Positions 37,943 through 47,266 of a DNA stretch of 64,000 nucleotides are shown here, piece by piece (positions within the stretch are counted from its first letter, which is position 1; each line of letters begins with the position of its first letter). The stretch spans positions 11,202 through 75,201 of the forward strand of contig CBDUYR010000007.1 in assembly GCA_965371515.1 (NCBI GenBank), given 5' to 3'. The stretch is from an uncultured bacterium. Lineage in GTDB: Bacteria > Krumholzibacteriota > Krumholzibacteriia > Krumholzibacteriales > Krumholzibacteriaceae. A program made the position numbers and the translations under genes. The notes below the pieces were generated by a model. That model was not told the origin of the DNA. It did not search any database and saw only the letters and a program-made list of their open reading frames with translations.

Positions 37943-38617
37943 ATGAAATACAAATCGATACCGATACTCATTCTGGCGACAGCGATGTTGTTCTGTGCAG
38001 GTGGTGTGCGGGCGCAGTTCCCCGACACGCTGTTCCTCGAATTAGATTTCGAGGGATTCGGCAATCTCGTTCTGACGTCGCCTCCAGTCTATTCAGGTGA
38101 TGTGGTCTCGGGGGATTCTCGCTTGGTCGGTGCTACCTGGTCCGTCCAGATGGACGATGCCGGCTGGCCCCCTGTGAGCGATCCTACAGCGAGGTGGGAT
38201 TACATCTTCAACACATTCTTCGAGTACAATGCGACGTACAAGTTCTGGACGTCCGTATTCGACCAGAATAACCTGCCTGAAAAGCCTGTCTGGGAGATAG
38301 TCCATCCGGTGAATGGGACGATGAGCGGCACACTGGTAGTATCGTCTACCGTCTCAGACAACGATCAGGACGGAATCCTCGACGTCGAGGAGAGGATGTT
38401 CGGGACGTTCGAGGGTAACTTGATGATCATGAAATTCGGCAGCGGCGAGTTCGCAGTGTACTGCGGCGAAGGAGCTTACAACGGAGCCGCATTCAACGAC
38501 GATCCGGCCAACTGGGCGGACGATTTTGTGACCGGACACTGCATCCTCGATCTGATCAACTGCCAGATCGGTACTGAGGAAAAGAGCTGGAGTTATATCA
38601 AGAAAATCTATCGTTAG
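37943..38617 (+). CDS. Secreted hypothetical protein, paralog B (C-terminal SWSYIK tail)
   Basis: GGGAGGG RBS; signal peptide (VRA-Q); shares SPPV.SG, MDD.GWP, RWD.IF and CG.G blocks with paralog A. Confidence 0.8.
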   Translation: MKYKSIPILILATAMLFCAGGVRAQFPDTLFLELDFEGFGNLVLTSPPVYSGDVVSGDSRLVGATWSVQMDDAGWPPVSDPTARWDYIFNTFFEYNATYKFWTSVFDQNNLPEKPVWEIVHPVNGTMSGTLVVSSTVSDNDQDGILDVEERMFGTFEGNLMIMKFGSGEFAVYCGEGAYNGAAFNDDPANWADDFVTGHCILDLINCQIGTEEKSWSYIKKIYR

Positions 38618-38618
38618 G

Positions 38619-39287
38619 TCATTTTGGCCTGAATCCGATCGTTACGCGTACCCACATAGCTGTGGGTACGCCTTTTATTTGACCGGGAATGAACTTGTAG
38701 CTGCGTGCTGCCTCGATGGCAGTATTGTTGAGAGACTCTTGTCGCAACCCTCTGGACAGCCTGATCTCCTCGACTTCCCCCTTTACGTTGACGAAGAGAA
38801 GGAGCTCGACTCCTCCGCTGATCGTCCCGTCGATATCCTTGGGGATGGTGGGCAGGGAGATGTTTATCGGTTTTGGCTCGACCGTTGTCCGTCTAGGTCC
38901 AGGCCTTCCGTCACTTCCGCCTCTCGTGCCTCCACTCTGTATCGGATCGATCGTCAATGAGGGTTCGCCGAGCTCGTCGAGGACAGTTTTATCGCGGTCC
39001 TCATCCTCAGTGTCCGAGGGTTGTTCCTCGACGATGACGGCCTGAGGAAAATCGGGGTAGGGGATGAGGGAGAACGGACTGTTCATGTAGACGAAATCTG
39101 ATGTGCCTTCCTCACCCGGTGTCTCCGTCCGGAAGACCTCGAGGTATTCGAGCTTGAAGAAGATGAATACGGCTAGGTGAATGAGGATGGTTGCCCCGAT
39201 GATCAGAAGCCAGCCCTTCCTGCTCCTGCCGTGATTGCGGAGGGGCTTCTTTTCTCGGGCAGCGGTTGTTGTGTCAGACAGGGACAT
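38619..39287 (-). CDS. TonB-family energy transducer
   Basis: N-terminal TM with His (TILIHLAVF); flexible linker; TonB C-domain (GGVELLLFVNVKGEV...AIEAARSYKFIPG...V). Confidence 0.8.
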   Translation of the reverse strand: MSLSDTTTAAREKKPLRNHGRSRKGWLLIIGATILIHLAVFIFFKLEYLEVFRTETPGEEGTSDFVYMNSPFSLIPYPDFPQAVIVEEQPSDTEDEDRDKTVLDELGEPSLTIDPIQSGGTRGGSDGRPGPRRTTVEPKPINISLPTIPKDIDGTISGGVELLLFVNVKGEVEEIRLSRGLRQESLNNTAIEAARSYKFIPGQIKGVPTAMWVRVTIGFRPK

Positions 39288-39391
39288 ATAGCCGTCTTTT
39301 TGGAAGGTTTCCTTTTTCAGTTATCATTCGTACTCTTATTAGTATATTATTTCTACGGGATGGTGGCAAGAAAACCACGGTGGCTGATTTC

Positions 39392-40024
39392 ATGCGAAGG
39401 ATCGAACGCAGAGATATCACGGTGCCCAACGTCCTGACTGTACTCAGGATGTTGATGGCTATGGCGGCAGCGTTGCTGATGATTTTCGGTACCGGTCGCA
39501 TGGTGATTGCCGCCTCGCTTCTGCTCGTAGCCATGCTCCTCGATTATTTCGACGGATGGTACGCAAGGAAATTCCACCAGACGACAAGCCTCGGTGCCCA
39601 TCTCGACCCTTTCGCCGACAAGGTAATGATAGCCGTCATCTTCGTTGCACTGGCCCTCGAGTTGAGGTCTCAGTGGTTCACATTCTTTGTATGTGTGATC
39701 CTCGCCAGGGAGCTGGTAATAACGCTGTACCGCTGGCGGGTCCACGAGAGGTCCGGAACGCTCGTTCCAGCGAGTCTGCTGGGGAAGGTCAAAACAGTCG
39801 TGCAATGTATTGTGGGAGGGTCCCTGATCTTTTATATTTATCTGTACCCGGGAACGATACCGGAAGACCACCGGGCGATATTTGTTGCCATGCTCCTGAC
39901 GACGTTCGTTACTGTCGATTCGGGTATGAGGTACGTTTTACCGAGCTGCCGGGACGGAAAGAAGCGCTCGGTGGTAGAAAGACTGATACAGCACGTTTTT
40001 GGCGTAGGCGCAAGGGAGGTATGA
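39392..40024 (+). CDS. CDP-alcohol phosphatidyltransferase (PgsA-like)
   Basis: TVPNVLTVLR, DYFDGWYAR...GAHLDPFADK, RE and GKVKT motifs. Confidence 0.88.
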   Translation: MRRIERRDITVPNVLTVLRMLMAMAAALLMIFGTGRMVIAASLLLVAMLLDYFDGWYARKFHQTTSLGAHLDPFADKVMIAVIFVALALELRSQWFTFFVCVILARELVITLYRWRVHERSGTLVPASLLGKVKTVVQCIVGGSLIFYIYLYPGTIPEDHRAIFVAMLLTTFVTVDSGMRYVLPSCRDGKKRSVVERLIQHVFGVGAREV

Positions 40025-40025
40025 T

Positions 40026-40547
40026 CTGGACATCTACGAGGCGATAAGGAACCGGGTCAGTACACGGGCATACCTGCCCGATCCCGTCGAGGAAGAAAAA
40101 CTGGAACGTATACTTGAAGCTGCCAGGCTGGCACCGTCGGGGAAGAACGGCCAGCCGTGGACCTTCATAGTGATCACGGACGCTGATATACGCGAAAAGC
40201 TTGTTCCTGCATGCAAGAACCAGAAGTTCATCGGCGAGGCTCCCGTACTGGTAGCGGTCTGCGGACGGGAAGAACTCGCATACCAGAAGATGGGCGGTTA
40301 CTGGAACAGCCTGCCCGTTGATATCGGGATAGCGCTCGAGCATCTCATGCTCGCCGCCGAGGCCGAGGGGCTCGGGACCTGCTGGATAGGAGCGTTTTCT
40401 GAAGAAGAAGTCAGGGAGATACTCGGGGTGCCTGCCGATGTGAAGATCGTTGCCCTGACGCCTGTGGGTTATCCGGCGGCGGATAAGGTATTCCGAAAGA
40501 GAAAACCTCTGGACGAGATCGTGATGAGGGAGAAATGGGAGCAGTGA
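40026..40547 (+). CDS. Nitroreductase family protein (probable CTG start)
   Basis: The frame of the 40170 ORF extends upstream as (M)DIYEAIRNRVSTRAY...AARLAPSGKNGQPW, then GLGTCWIG and RKPLDEIV. Confidence 0.9.
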   Translation: MDIYEAIRNRVSTRAYLPDPVEEEKLERILEAARLAPSGKNGQPWTFIVITDADIREKLVPACKNQKFIGEAPVLVAVCGREELAYQKMGGYWNSLPVDIGIALEHLMLAAEAEGLGTCWIGAFSEEEVREILGVPADVKIVALTPVGYPAADKVFRKRKPLDEIVMREKWEQ

Positions 40548-40972
40548 TGATGAGAAGCAGCCTGAGAACGGCGCTTATTCTCCTGATGACAGGTACCTTC
40601 GTATCCGCCACACAGGCGGGGCTTGCCAGCCCGGGAAGCCAGGAAGATGAAGGATCCGGCGGGACCTGCTTTGCCGAAACGGGCATGCTCGACCTGTCCG
40701 GTCTGGCCGACGACTCCGGTGTCCTCATGCCGCTGACGTGCAGCCTTTCGGCTGCCTCGGCGGCCGATACGCTCGAGACCTACGAGATAGAGCTCGAGGA
40801 TGAAGGAAAGAAGGGGGTCAACTACAAGGCCATAGTCGGTTATACAATAGCCGCGTTGTTTGTCGGCTATATACTCTATGTCATGATCGTTCCCGAAGAA
40901 GAAGAGGTGATAGAGCTGCCACCGATCAAGGATCCACCGATCACTCTGATCACGATCACGTTCGGGGGATAA
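40547..40972 (+). CDS. Hypothetical membrane protein
   Basis: Signal peptide plus a C-terminal TM helix; overlaps the nitroreductase stop. Confidence 0.55.
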   Translation: MMRSSLRTALILLMTGTFVSATQAGLASPGSQEDEGSGGTCFAETGMLDLSGLADDSGVLMPLTCSLSAASAADTLETYEIELEDEGKKGVNYKAIVGYTIAALFVGYILYVMIVPEEEEVIELPPIKDPPITLITITFGG

Positions 40973-42962
40973 TCGCGAAAGTCTTTTTCCCTGTCACCCA
41001 TGATCCCTTCACAAGGTCTTCGATCTTGAGCATAAGAACGTACTTTCCGGGCTCGAGGGAACTCGCGTCCAGCATCAGGGCTTCTGAAGTCGAGCGAGTA
41101 TCGGTACTCTGTACGATCGAGCTTGATAAGTAGACATGCGGCTCCTGTTTTGAAACGCGGACGCTGGCAGTGAGCCAGCTCCATGTCCCGGACGGGCCGT
41201 TCCGATCTTTTGACGAGGTGACGCTCAAGGTCAGCCTGTATCGCGCAAGGTTCTCCTCATTCATCTTCAGATTGTATATCTCGTAGGAAACGCATATTGA
41301 AGATCCAGCCTCGTACGAAGGCAGGGGATCTATCAGTGGCGTGCAGATACCTTCCTTATCCTGCAGGGAGAACCTGATTCCGCTGAGCGAAAGACGGTCT
41401 CCTCCGAGCTCGAGTATGGTCAGCGAGTCCCTGTAAACGGCCCTGCCCGGTGGTTTCCCGCCGGTGATCTCCAGCGCAAAGTTGCTCTCGAGCTGAAGAG
41501 GGGGCAACTCTACGCTGAACGGAAGAACGCGCCAACTGATCGACTTCTTCTCGAAAATATGCAGTGTGTCGGGATCGAAGATGATCTTCTCCGTGAGAAA
41601 AACCTTCCAGTCGTTGTCGAACAGGGTGAAGTACAGCTCGTACTCCCCGTCCCGGAAGTCGAGAGTAGAATCGAGTACGGCCACAGCGAAGTCGACGCGT
41701 GTTTCGTCTCCCGTTCCCCTGAACTGCACGCTCTCGACGCCGACAGGCATGTATCCGTACTCGACAGGAAATGTATACATCTGCTGAATGTTCTGCAGGA
41801 TACCCTCGGTTATCATCGCGTAGTCATGGAACCTGCGGTCGATCGGGATGTGATAGTTGCCGTTGAGGAACTCGTCCTGGAAGAAGAGCAGGAACATCTT
41901 GTCGCCCCGGATGTACGTCCACACCACGAATGGTCCGTCAAGCCCGGATCCGATGTCGAGGAGGATGGACGGCGGCAGCCCGTAGCTGACGAGAGCCCTT
42001 CCGCGAGCGGTGTCGATACCCTCGAGGTCGAGCCTTTCGTTGGTCAGCAGCGCCTCTGTCAGAAAGATCCTTCTGTAATGCTCGAACCTTCGCTCGTTGA
42101 GGACGGTAGCCGGGGTAGGATCGTTCATTATCCAGAACTTCCGGTTGAACTCGGCGCGGTTCCTGTCGTCGAGATTATCGTAGGCGTTTCTTTCGTCCAT
42201 GGGGAGAAGGAGGGATATGTCCTCGTACCAGTACTTTGTTTCTCCATCCATCAGCGCGAGAGCCGAGTCGAATTCAGCCCCGGCCGTCTCGAACCTGGTC
42301 CTGTGCAGGGCGACGCATGCAGAGAGCAGCCGGAACCTGTAAGAATCGGGATAATACTGAGCGCCTGCGCGTGCATAGCCGGCGCATAGGTCGAGACGTT
42401 CCCGCAGATACTGGAGCAGACCGAGATCGAAGAGGGTCTGCTCATGCTTTCCGTATATGTTGTTCGCCCTGCTGTAATACTTTATCGCGTCGTCCAGGTG
42501 CCTGTCCGAACACATGTTCCTGAGGTAGAGGTCTTTCTCGATCCGCCCCCTGTGATACCACGCCTGGAAGCAGCCCGGATCGAGGTCTATCGCACGCTCC
42601 AGCGACCTGCCGGCCGAGCCGATGAACTGTCTCGCGTAGAGAGTCAGACCCCGTTCGACGTGATAGGAGGAATTGTCGGGATCGAGCTCGAGCGCCCTGT
42701 CGATCGCCTGCATCGACCTGAGCCTCGACTCGGGAGTACCCACCGCGCGATAGCAGACGGAGAGCCTGCGGTAGAGCTCGGAGTCGTCCGCGTCAGACCG
42801 CAGAGCCTTCTCGATCGCCATGATCGTGTCAGCAGCGCATTCTTTAAGCTCGTAATCGCTCGTATCGATGAAATCGTCATCCAGGGCAGGCGGATACATT
42901 CCGCTGCACGAAGTTGCCGTAAATATGAGCACAAGGTAGAGTATTAAAATGCATCTCGGCAA
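40956..42962 (-). CDS. TPR lipoprotein with GWxTD-like domain
   Basis: Lipobox-like ATSC; TPR repeats; FW..NDPTP.T..NE...EHYRR...ARGRALVSYG.P pattern. Confidence 0.75.
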   Translation of the reverse strand: MPRCILILYLVLIFTATSCSGMYPPALDDDFIDTSDYELKECAADTIMAIEKALRSDADDSELYRRLSVCYRAVGTPESRLRSMQAIDRALELDPDNSSYHVERGLTLYARQFIGSAGRSLERAIDLDPGCFQAWYHRGRIEKDLYLRNMCSDRHLDDAIKYYSRANNIYGKHEQTLFDLGLLQYLRERLDLCAGYARAGAQYYPDSYRFRLLSACVALHRTRFETAGAEFDSALALMDGETKYWYEDISLLLPMDERNAYDNLDDRNRAEFNRKFWIMNDPTPATVLNERRFEHYRRIFLTEALLTNERLDLEGIDTARGRALVSYGLPPSILLDIGSGLDGPFVVWTYIRGDKMFLLFFQDEFLNGNYHIPIDRRFHDYAMITEGILQNIQQMYTFPVEYGYMPVGVESVQFRGTGDETRVDFAVAVLDSTLDFRDGEYELYFTLFDNDWKVFLTEKIIFDPDTLHIFEKKSISWRVLPFSVELPPLQLESNFALEITGGKPPGRAVYRDSLTILELGGDRLSLSGIRFSLQDKEGICTPLIDPLPSYEAGSSICVSYEIYNLKMNEENLARYRLTLSVTSSKDRNGPSGTWSWLTASVRVSKQEPHVYLSSSIVQSTDTRSTSEALMLDASSLEPGKYVLMLKIEDLVKGSWVTGKKTFAIIPRT

Positions 42963-43134
42963 CCGAATACCTCCACAACCGGTCTTCCGAACACTTTAAA
43001 TATTATATCACAAGGTGTTAGAGGTCAAGCAGGCCAGGGGGACATCCAGGGGGCTTTCCCGTCCTGCGGGGAACGATAATTGCTTGTAATTCATCGGAAT
43101 AGTACGTTTTGAAACGGTACTGAGGTAAAATCAG

Positions 43135-44586
43135 ATGTCGGAGATGCTGCTCGAAACACTTCCTGTCGGATTCAGGAAACTCGAGGCCATGGTCCACGGC
43201 CTTGCCAGACTCCTGATGCAGAGAAATCTGTTTCCCGATACCCACCCGTCGGTAAAGAACGCCCTCGACGATTTCATGGAGGCACTAAACGCGCTCATCG
43301 ATAAAAGGAGTACTGTGGTGCTGAAGGTGAGCGATGGATCCATACGCCTGCTCAATCTGGAAGTCGACATCACCGACACAAACGACAACGCAGTACATTT
43401 TTTGAGGAGAGCGTTGGAAGGTCTCTCTGTCGGGGAGCTCGAGTTTCTTTCAGGGATCGGCCCGGATGAGGCCCTGGCGTTTGTCGAGATCGCAGCAGCG
43501 AGCATCAGGCGAGATGCCTCTATAGACCTTCCTGCGATATGGCGCCGTATAGAGAAGATCAGGATCAGGCATTCGAACAGCGGGAAAGGTGACGCTGCTG
43601 CAAAAGAGAGCCTTCCAGTTGAGGTTGGCAAAAAGGATGATGAACGCCGGGGGAGGGAGGCTTCCGAGAATGTTAGCGCTGCGTCCTCCATGATCAGTGG
43701 CGTGCTCAGCAGACTGGCCAAGATCAGCTCGGACGAGAGCGGCAGGGCGGGAAGGGTAATCATAGAAACGGTCGAGCGCGAGGGCGGAAGCAGTACGACA
43801 TTCCTTCTACTCAAGTCGCTGAAGGAATACGACGACTATACGTTCGATCATTCGATCAATGTCGCGGTAATCTCCGCAGCGATCGCGCGCCGGCTCGGAT
43901 ACTGCGACGAGGAAACGGGACGGATAGGAACCGCCGCGATCTTGCACGACATCGGAAAGCTCTACGTACCAAGAGAGATAATCCACAAGGCAGGCAGGCT
44001 GTCTCCCATCGAATGGCAGAAGATCAAGCGACATCCCGTTGATGGGGAGAGAATTCTCCGCGAAGAGGGAGAGGATGTGCTGGCTCGCCGTGTGGCGTAC
44101 GAACATCACATGCGTTTCGACATGACGGGGTATCCGATGCCCAAGCAGGGCGAGGAATGTCTCGAGGCGAGCAACATTGTGAGGATAGCGGACACATATG
44201 ATGCCCTGACGACGAGACGGCCGTACAGGAAACAGATCAGCCCGTTCGAGGCTCTCAAGCTCATGGAGAAGGGAAGAGGAACGGAATTCCATCCGCAATA
44301 TTTCGATGTATTCCTCGGGCTGATGGGGAACGTTCCGATCGGGAGCATCCTCGTCCTCGATAGCGGGGAGAGGGTCGTGATCGTCGAGATCGGCGCGAAC
44401 GGGAGACTGCCGAGAGCGAGGGTCATCTCTGACAGCTACGGCAACGAGATAGAGGATGGACCCGTCATCGATCTCGGCGAGACCGACGATGATACAGGAG
44501 CGTCGAAATACAGGGTGCACAGCGTATCGGACAGTCCGGTGAGGAACGTATACATAGGCAAGTATCTCACGGGAAGTGATGACTGA
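43135..44586 (+). CDS. HD-GYP domain phosphodiesterase
   Basis: DDYTFDHS, LHDIGK, HP, EHH..FD.TGYP, IADTYDALT.RRPYR and GTEFHP motifs. Confidence 0.92.
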   Translation: MSEMLLETLPVGFRKLEAMVHGLARLLMQRNLFPDTHPSVKNALDDFMEALNALIDKRSTVVLKVSDGSIRLLNLEVDITDTNDNAVHFLRRALEGLSVGELEFLSGIGPDEALAFVEIAAASIRRDASIDLPAIWRRIEKIRIRHSNSGKGDAAAKESLPVEVGKKDDERRGREASENVSAASSMISGVLSRLAKISSDESGRAGRVIIETVEREGGSSTTFLLLKSLKEYDDYTFDHSINVAVISAAIARRLGYCDEETGRIGTAAILHDIGKLYVPREIIHKAGRLSPIEWQKIKRHPVDGERILREEGEDVLARRVAYEHHMRFDMTGYPMPKQGEECLEASNIVRIADTYDALTTRRPYRKQISPFEALKLMEKGRGTEFHPQYFDVFLGLMGNVPIGSILVLDSGERVVIVEIGANGRLPRARVISDSYGNEIEDGPVIDLGETDDDTGASKYRVHSVSDSPVRNVYIGKYLTGSDD

Positions 44587-44668
44587 CCCCGTAGAAGATA
44601 AAAGCCCAGGACGATCATCCTCACGTGCGATGATCATCCCGGGCGTCATCCCTTCAGACTGCCGGGCC

Positions 44669-45064
44669 CTAGAGCGTTCCCGGCTTTCCGATCTGCTTGA
44701 TCTTTCCGAATGCGGTCCATGTGTAGGCGATCTTGTCGGACTTGGAATATATGACGAATTCTACCGCTTTCCCGTCCTTGAGCGCGGTGCCAGTCCTCGC
44801 CAGAAAATCCTCTCCGTCTGTGACCGTGATCCAGCCTCTGGGTGCGAATACATCGACTATCGCAGCTTCGGGGTCGATGAGCCTCAGAGCGTAAACATCG
44901 TTACCGGATGCCGTCATCCGGACCCTCACCATGAAGATGCCGTCTTCCATCTGAGTGACGCTCTTGGTGATCCTTGGTGCCGCAGCCATTACGGAATGAC
45001 CGGCGATCGCAATGAGCAGCACAGCGGCGGAAACGACTATCGCTCTTTTACTGAGTGCGGACAT
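44669..45064 (-). CDS. Small secreted hypothetical protein
   Basis: GGAG RBS; signal peptide (VMA-A); predicted beta-rich mature part. Confidence 0.65.
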   Translation of the reverse strand: MSALSKRAIVVSAAVLLIAIAGHSVMAAAPRITKSVTQMEDGIFMVRVRMTASGNDVYALRLIDPEAAIVDVFAPRGWITVTDGEDFLARTGTALKDGKAVEFVIYSKSDKIAYTWTAFGKIKQIGKPGTL

Positions 45065-45189
45065 TTTATTATCTCCCTTTTGGTTACCAGCGTTGCATGA
45101 TTTAGAGCGTGAGCGAATACGCTCAATACCTTGCCCTGCACATAATTATTATAGCACATCGGAATATTTATGTCGAGAGGGTAAAATAG

Positions 45190-45218
45190 TTCAAGTCGTG
45201 GGAATTGACTGGTATAAT
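45190..45218 (+). promoter_or_regulatory. Putative sigma70 promoter of the response regulator
   Basis: TTCAAG, 17-bp spacer, TATAAT with an extended TG. Confidence 0.5.
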
Positions 45219-45311
45219 GGCATGTAACTTTCAATGCAGGTGCATGTACCCGGACGGGGATGCACTTCCGGGAGAATCGAAATACGATATCTATTAGAGT
45301 GAAGGACTTAC

Positions 45312-45674
45312 ATGTCTCATAAGATTATGATTGTCGATGACGAGATGCATCTTGCACGTATACTGCAATTCACCCTCGAACATGAAGGCTACGATGTTGT
45401 AACGGCTTTTGACGGCAGGGAAGGCCTGGATACACTCGAGCGTGAGGCGCCCGACCTTGTTATCCTCGACCTGATGCTCCCGGTGGTGGACGGCTACAAG
45501 ATCTGTAATATAATCAAGAACAGTGACAGGTTCAGGGACACCCCGGTGATCATACTCTCCGCCAGAGACTTCGCCAGGGAAGAGCTCGACGAGCCGCTGA
45601 ACGCGGATCTCCTCATGGAGAAGCCATTCAACACAGAGCATCTGCTGGATGAAATATCCAGGCTGTTGGGATAG
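45312..45674 (+). CDS. Single-domain response regulator (receiver)
   Basis: IVDDE, DLVILDLMLP (phospho-Asp), LSA and KPF motifs. Confidence 0.92.
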   Translation: MSHKIMIVDDEMHLARILQFTLEHEGYDVVTAFDGREGLDTLEREAPDLVILDLMLPVVDGYKICNIIKNSDRFRDTPVIILSARDFAREELDEPLNADLLMEKPFNTEHLLDEISRLLG

Positions 45675-45678
45675 AAAC

Positions 45679-46314
45679 CTAGACTGGCTGCATGAACAGC
45701 GCATCGTCGGTTCCGCTGCTGCCGGTTGATTTGTCATCACCGCTCGCAGAATCCATACATATAAGCCGTTTTTTCTCCACTAACATCTTTTCGATGGAGG
45801 CCCTGATCTCGGCGGTTCCCGGTCCGGAGAGGGCGATGAGAATCTTCTCGAGAGCGTCTATCTCGTGCTTTTCTCTCTCACGCGTCTCGTGGACAACGGT
45901 ATTCCACGTAGCTTCGAATTCGCCGAACGGTCCGGACTCGTGGGTCTCGGGCGTTTCGGGGTATCTGTTTTCGGTCGCCTTTCTCAGGCCGGTCATGACG
46001 ATGCCGAGCGAGGCGAACATCTTCGAGGTGATTATCCTGGAAAGGACCCAGAAAGACGCGATGATGACAGCAACGAATCCGATCGTGTTGACGACGAGCA
46101 TTGACTTGAGTTTCGTCACGATCGGTGCGAGTTCCGGAACCTGAGTGGTGACAGCCGTCTCACTCGATACGAGAGCGAAGTAGAAAGACATGCCAAACGC
46201 GAATGCCACTGCACTGGAACTGAGCAGCACAATCAGCCCGCTTCGCATCCTGACTCCGGAAGTCATGTCATTCGAATAAGCGTAACCTTTGTTCATATCG
46301 TCAGTAACAGGCAT
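45679..46314 (-). CDS. Hypothetical membrane protein (two TM helices, HAMP-like helical tail)
   Basis: ATG 46314 after GGGGG; two hydrophobic segments followed by helical sequence. Confidence 0.6.
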   Translation of the reverse strand: MPVTDDMNKGYAYSNDMTSGVRMRSGLIVLLSSSAVAFAFGMSFYFALVSSETAVTTQVPELAPIVTKLKSMLVVNTIGFVAVIIASFWVLSRIITSKMFASLGIVMTGLRKATENRYPETPETHESGPFGEFEATWNTVVHETREREKHEIDALEKILIALSGPGTAEIRASIEKMLVEKKRLICMDSASGDDKSTGSSGTDDALFMQPV

Positions 46315-46418
46315 TTTAAACCCCCTGTTATATCGTGCCCGAAGGAAGGGCACGATTTGCCATATTTCGAGGCGCACCGTTCCGACAGCAAATTATCAAT
46401 AAATGTGCCAGAAATCGC

Positions 46419-47189
46419 CTAGCGGGGGGTCAGGAAGTAATCTATCGCCGCCTGCAGTTCGTCCGTGTCGATCGTAGTATCGGTGCAGGGTCCTGCCGGA
46501 CGCGTGTTTGGAATGCCTATTACGGGGATCTTCGGCGCGACGTCCTGGATCCCGGCGATAAGATCCCGCTCGCATGCCACCGCGACGATTGCTCCGGGAG
46601 AGGTGTCGTTTATGATCTTTCTTGCCTCGGTACCGCCGGGAGCTGTATGGAGCCTGACCTCTTCGTAGCGGGAACAGATCTCCCTGGCCCTCGAACGTAT
46701 GTCGGCGCGAAGGCATCGCGGAAAGAGGACAAGGACAGGGCCCGGTCCCCTGCCAGGGGCGGTCAGCTCGTTCGAGACACGGATGAACGAATGGCTCAGT
46801 CTGTCCCTGGAGATCCCCACCGATGCCGCGAGCCTGGTGACGATTGGGAGCATGATAAAAAAGAGTCTGCTCCCTCGAGTGAGACAGACGTTCATGTACC
46901 GCCTGTTCCAGATCACCGCGACGACGAGCACTACGTACCAGACCACGAGGAAGAGAGCGGCCGAGCCGAGGGAGCCGGTGATGACCAGAGCCCAGACGCG
47001 GCCGAAGGATTCGAAGCGCGGCAGGACCAGATACCAGAACAGCAGGACTATCATGACGAAAAGCGCCAGAACTACGAGGGAGAGGTAGAGAAATGTACTC
47101 CTGCTCTCCGACGTGTTATTATCCTGCTGCCTGCCGTCCCAGTCGAGCCACTCGTCGCCGAGCACCCTCTTCTTTCCATCTTTAGACAT
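46419..47189 (-). CDS. DUF116 family membrane protein
   Basis: Two TM helices; PRCL, APGG..AR, AVACERDL and N.RP.GPC.DT motifs. Confidence 0.8.
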   Translation of the reverse strand: MSKDGKKRVLGDEWLDWDGRQQDNNTSESRSTFLYLSLVVLALFVMIVLLFWYLVLPRFESFGRVWALVITGSLGSAALFLVVWYVVLVVAVIWNRRYMNVCLTRGSRLFFIMLPIVTRLAASVGISRDRLSHSFIRVSNELTAPGRGPGPVLVLFPRCLRADIRSRAREICSRYEEVRLHTAPGGTEARKIINDTSPGAIVAVACERDLIAGIQDVAPKIPVIGIPNTRPAGPCTDTTIDTDELQAAIDYFLTPR

Positions 47190-47266
47190 AACCGTTTCCG
47201 TCGATGTGAATAACCTTTTCAGAATGTACTGGAATGGGGTTTAATCTTCAACAGGATTAACCCGGT

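Noticed and set aside
43020..43090. GC-rich possible hairpin upstream of the HD-GYP gene (riboswitch?)
   Set aside because: Pairing is imperfect and no c-di-GMP riboswitch consensus is recognisable; an Rfam scan would be needed.
44669..44730. WTAFGKIKQI near the C-terminus of the small secreted protein resembles the SWxxIK tail
   Set aside because: The W-to-IK spacing differs and the GT linker is missing; probably coincidental.
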